From Octopus sinensis (taxonomy: Eukaryota): a DNA stretch of 64,000 bases. Position numbers and translations under genes: made by a program. This document shows, piece after piece, positions 63,914 through 64,000 of the stretch. Every line of letters begins with the position of its first letter. The first letter of the stretch is position 1. Location: contig NC_043006.1 in NCBI RefSeq assembly GCF_006345805.1, positions 7,316,001 through 7,380,000 of the forward strand, written 5' to 3'. The notes below the pieces were generated by a model. That model worked only from the letters and a program-made list of their open reading frames with translations. It ran no database searches and had not been told where the DNA came from.

Positions 63914-64000
63914 GGTGAAGATGCCTGGATCAGTGGTTAGAGTATGCGGCTTACAGTTTTAACTTTGTTAGTTCGATTCCTGGCGGCGAGTTGTTTCCTT
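63914..64000 (+). mobile_element. Diverged SINE family C-like head, cut by window end
   Basis: TGGATCAGTGG A-box-like and GTTCGATTCC B box. Confidence 0.6.

Overview
AT-rich, repeat-saturated eukaryotic DNA, almost certainly from an octopus (coleoid cephalopod): many copies of tRNA-derived SINE families plus very dense (TA)n, (TG)n, (TAA)n and (GATA)n microsatellites. No host protein-coding gene can be called with confidence; only weak candidate exons. Recognisable coding sequence is transposon-derived: a near full-length R4/Dong-clade non-LTR retrotransposon (46757-50909, minus; RT, CCHC finger, restriction-like endonuclease), three further R4/Dong fragments, a Tx1/L1-clade 3' fragment, RTE-BovB and CR1 3' fragments, and mariner remnants. 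There are also non-autonomous Helitrons, a Tigger-like MITE and Penelope-like remnants with minimal hammerhead ribozyme motifs and foldbacks. The most notable pattern is microsatellite-targeted retrotransposition. R4/Dong copies and a non-coding ~555 bp retroposon (family E, three copies) sit in (TAA)n arrays in one orientation, in one case stacked head-to-tail. A Tx1 element has inserted twice into one (TATC)n/(GATA)n array. Several LINE frameshifts are single-base losses in homopolymers, suggesting long-read assembly errors. SINE family labels A-D and family E are my working labels, not database names. Coordinates were read by eye and may be off by a few bases.
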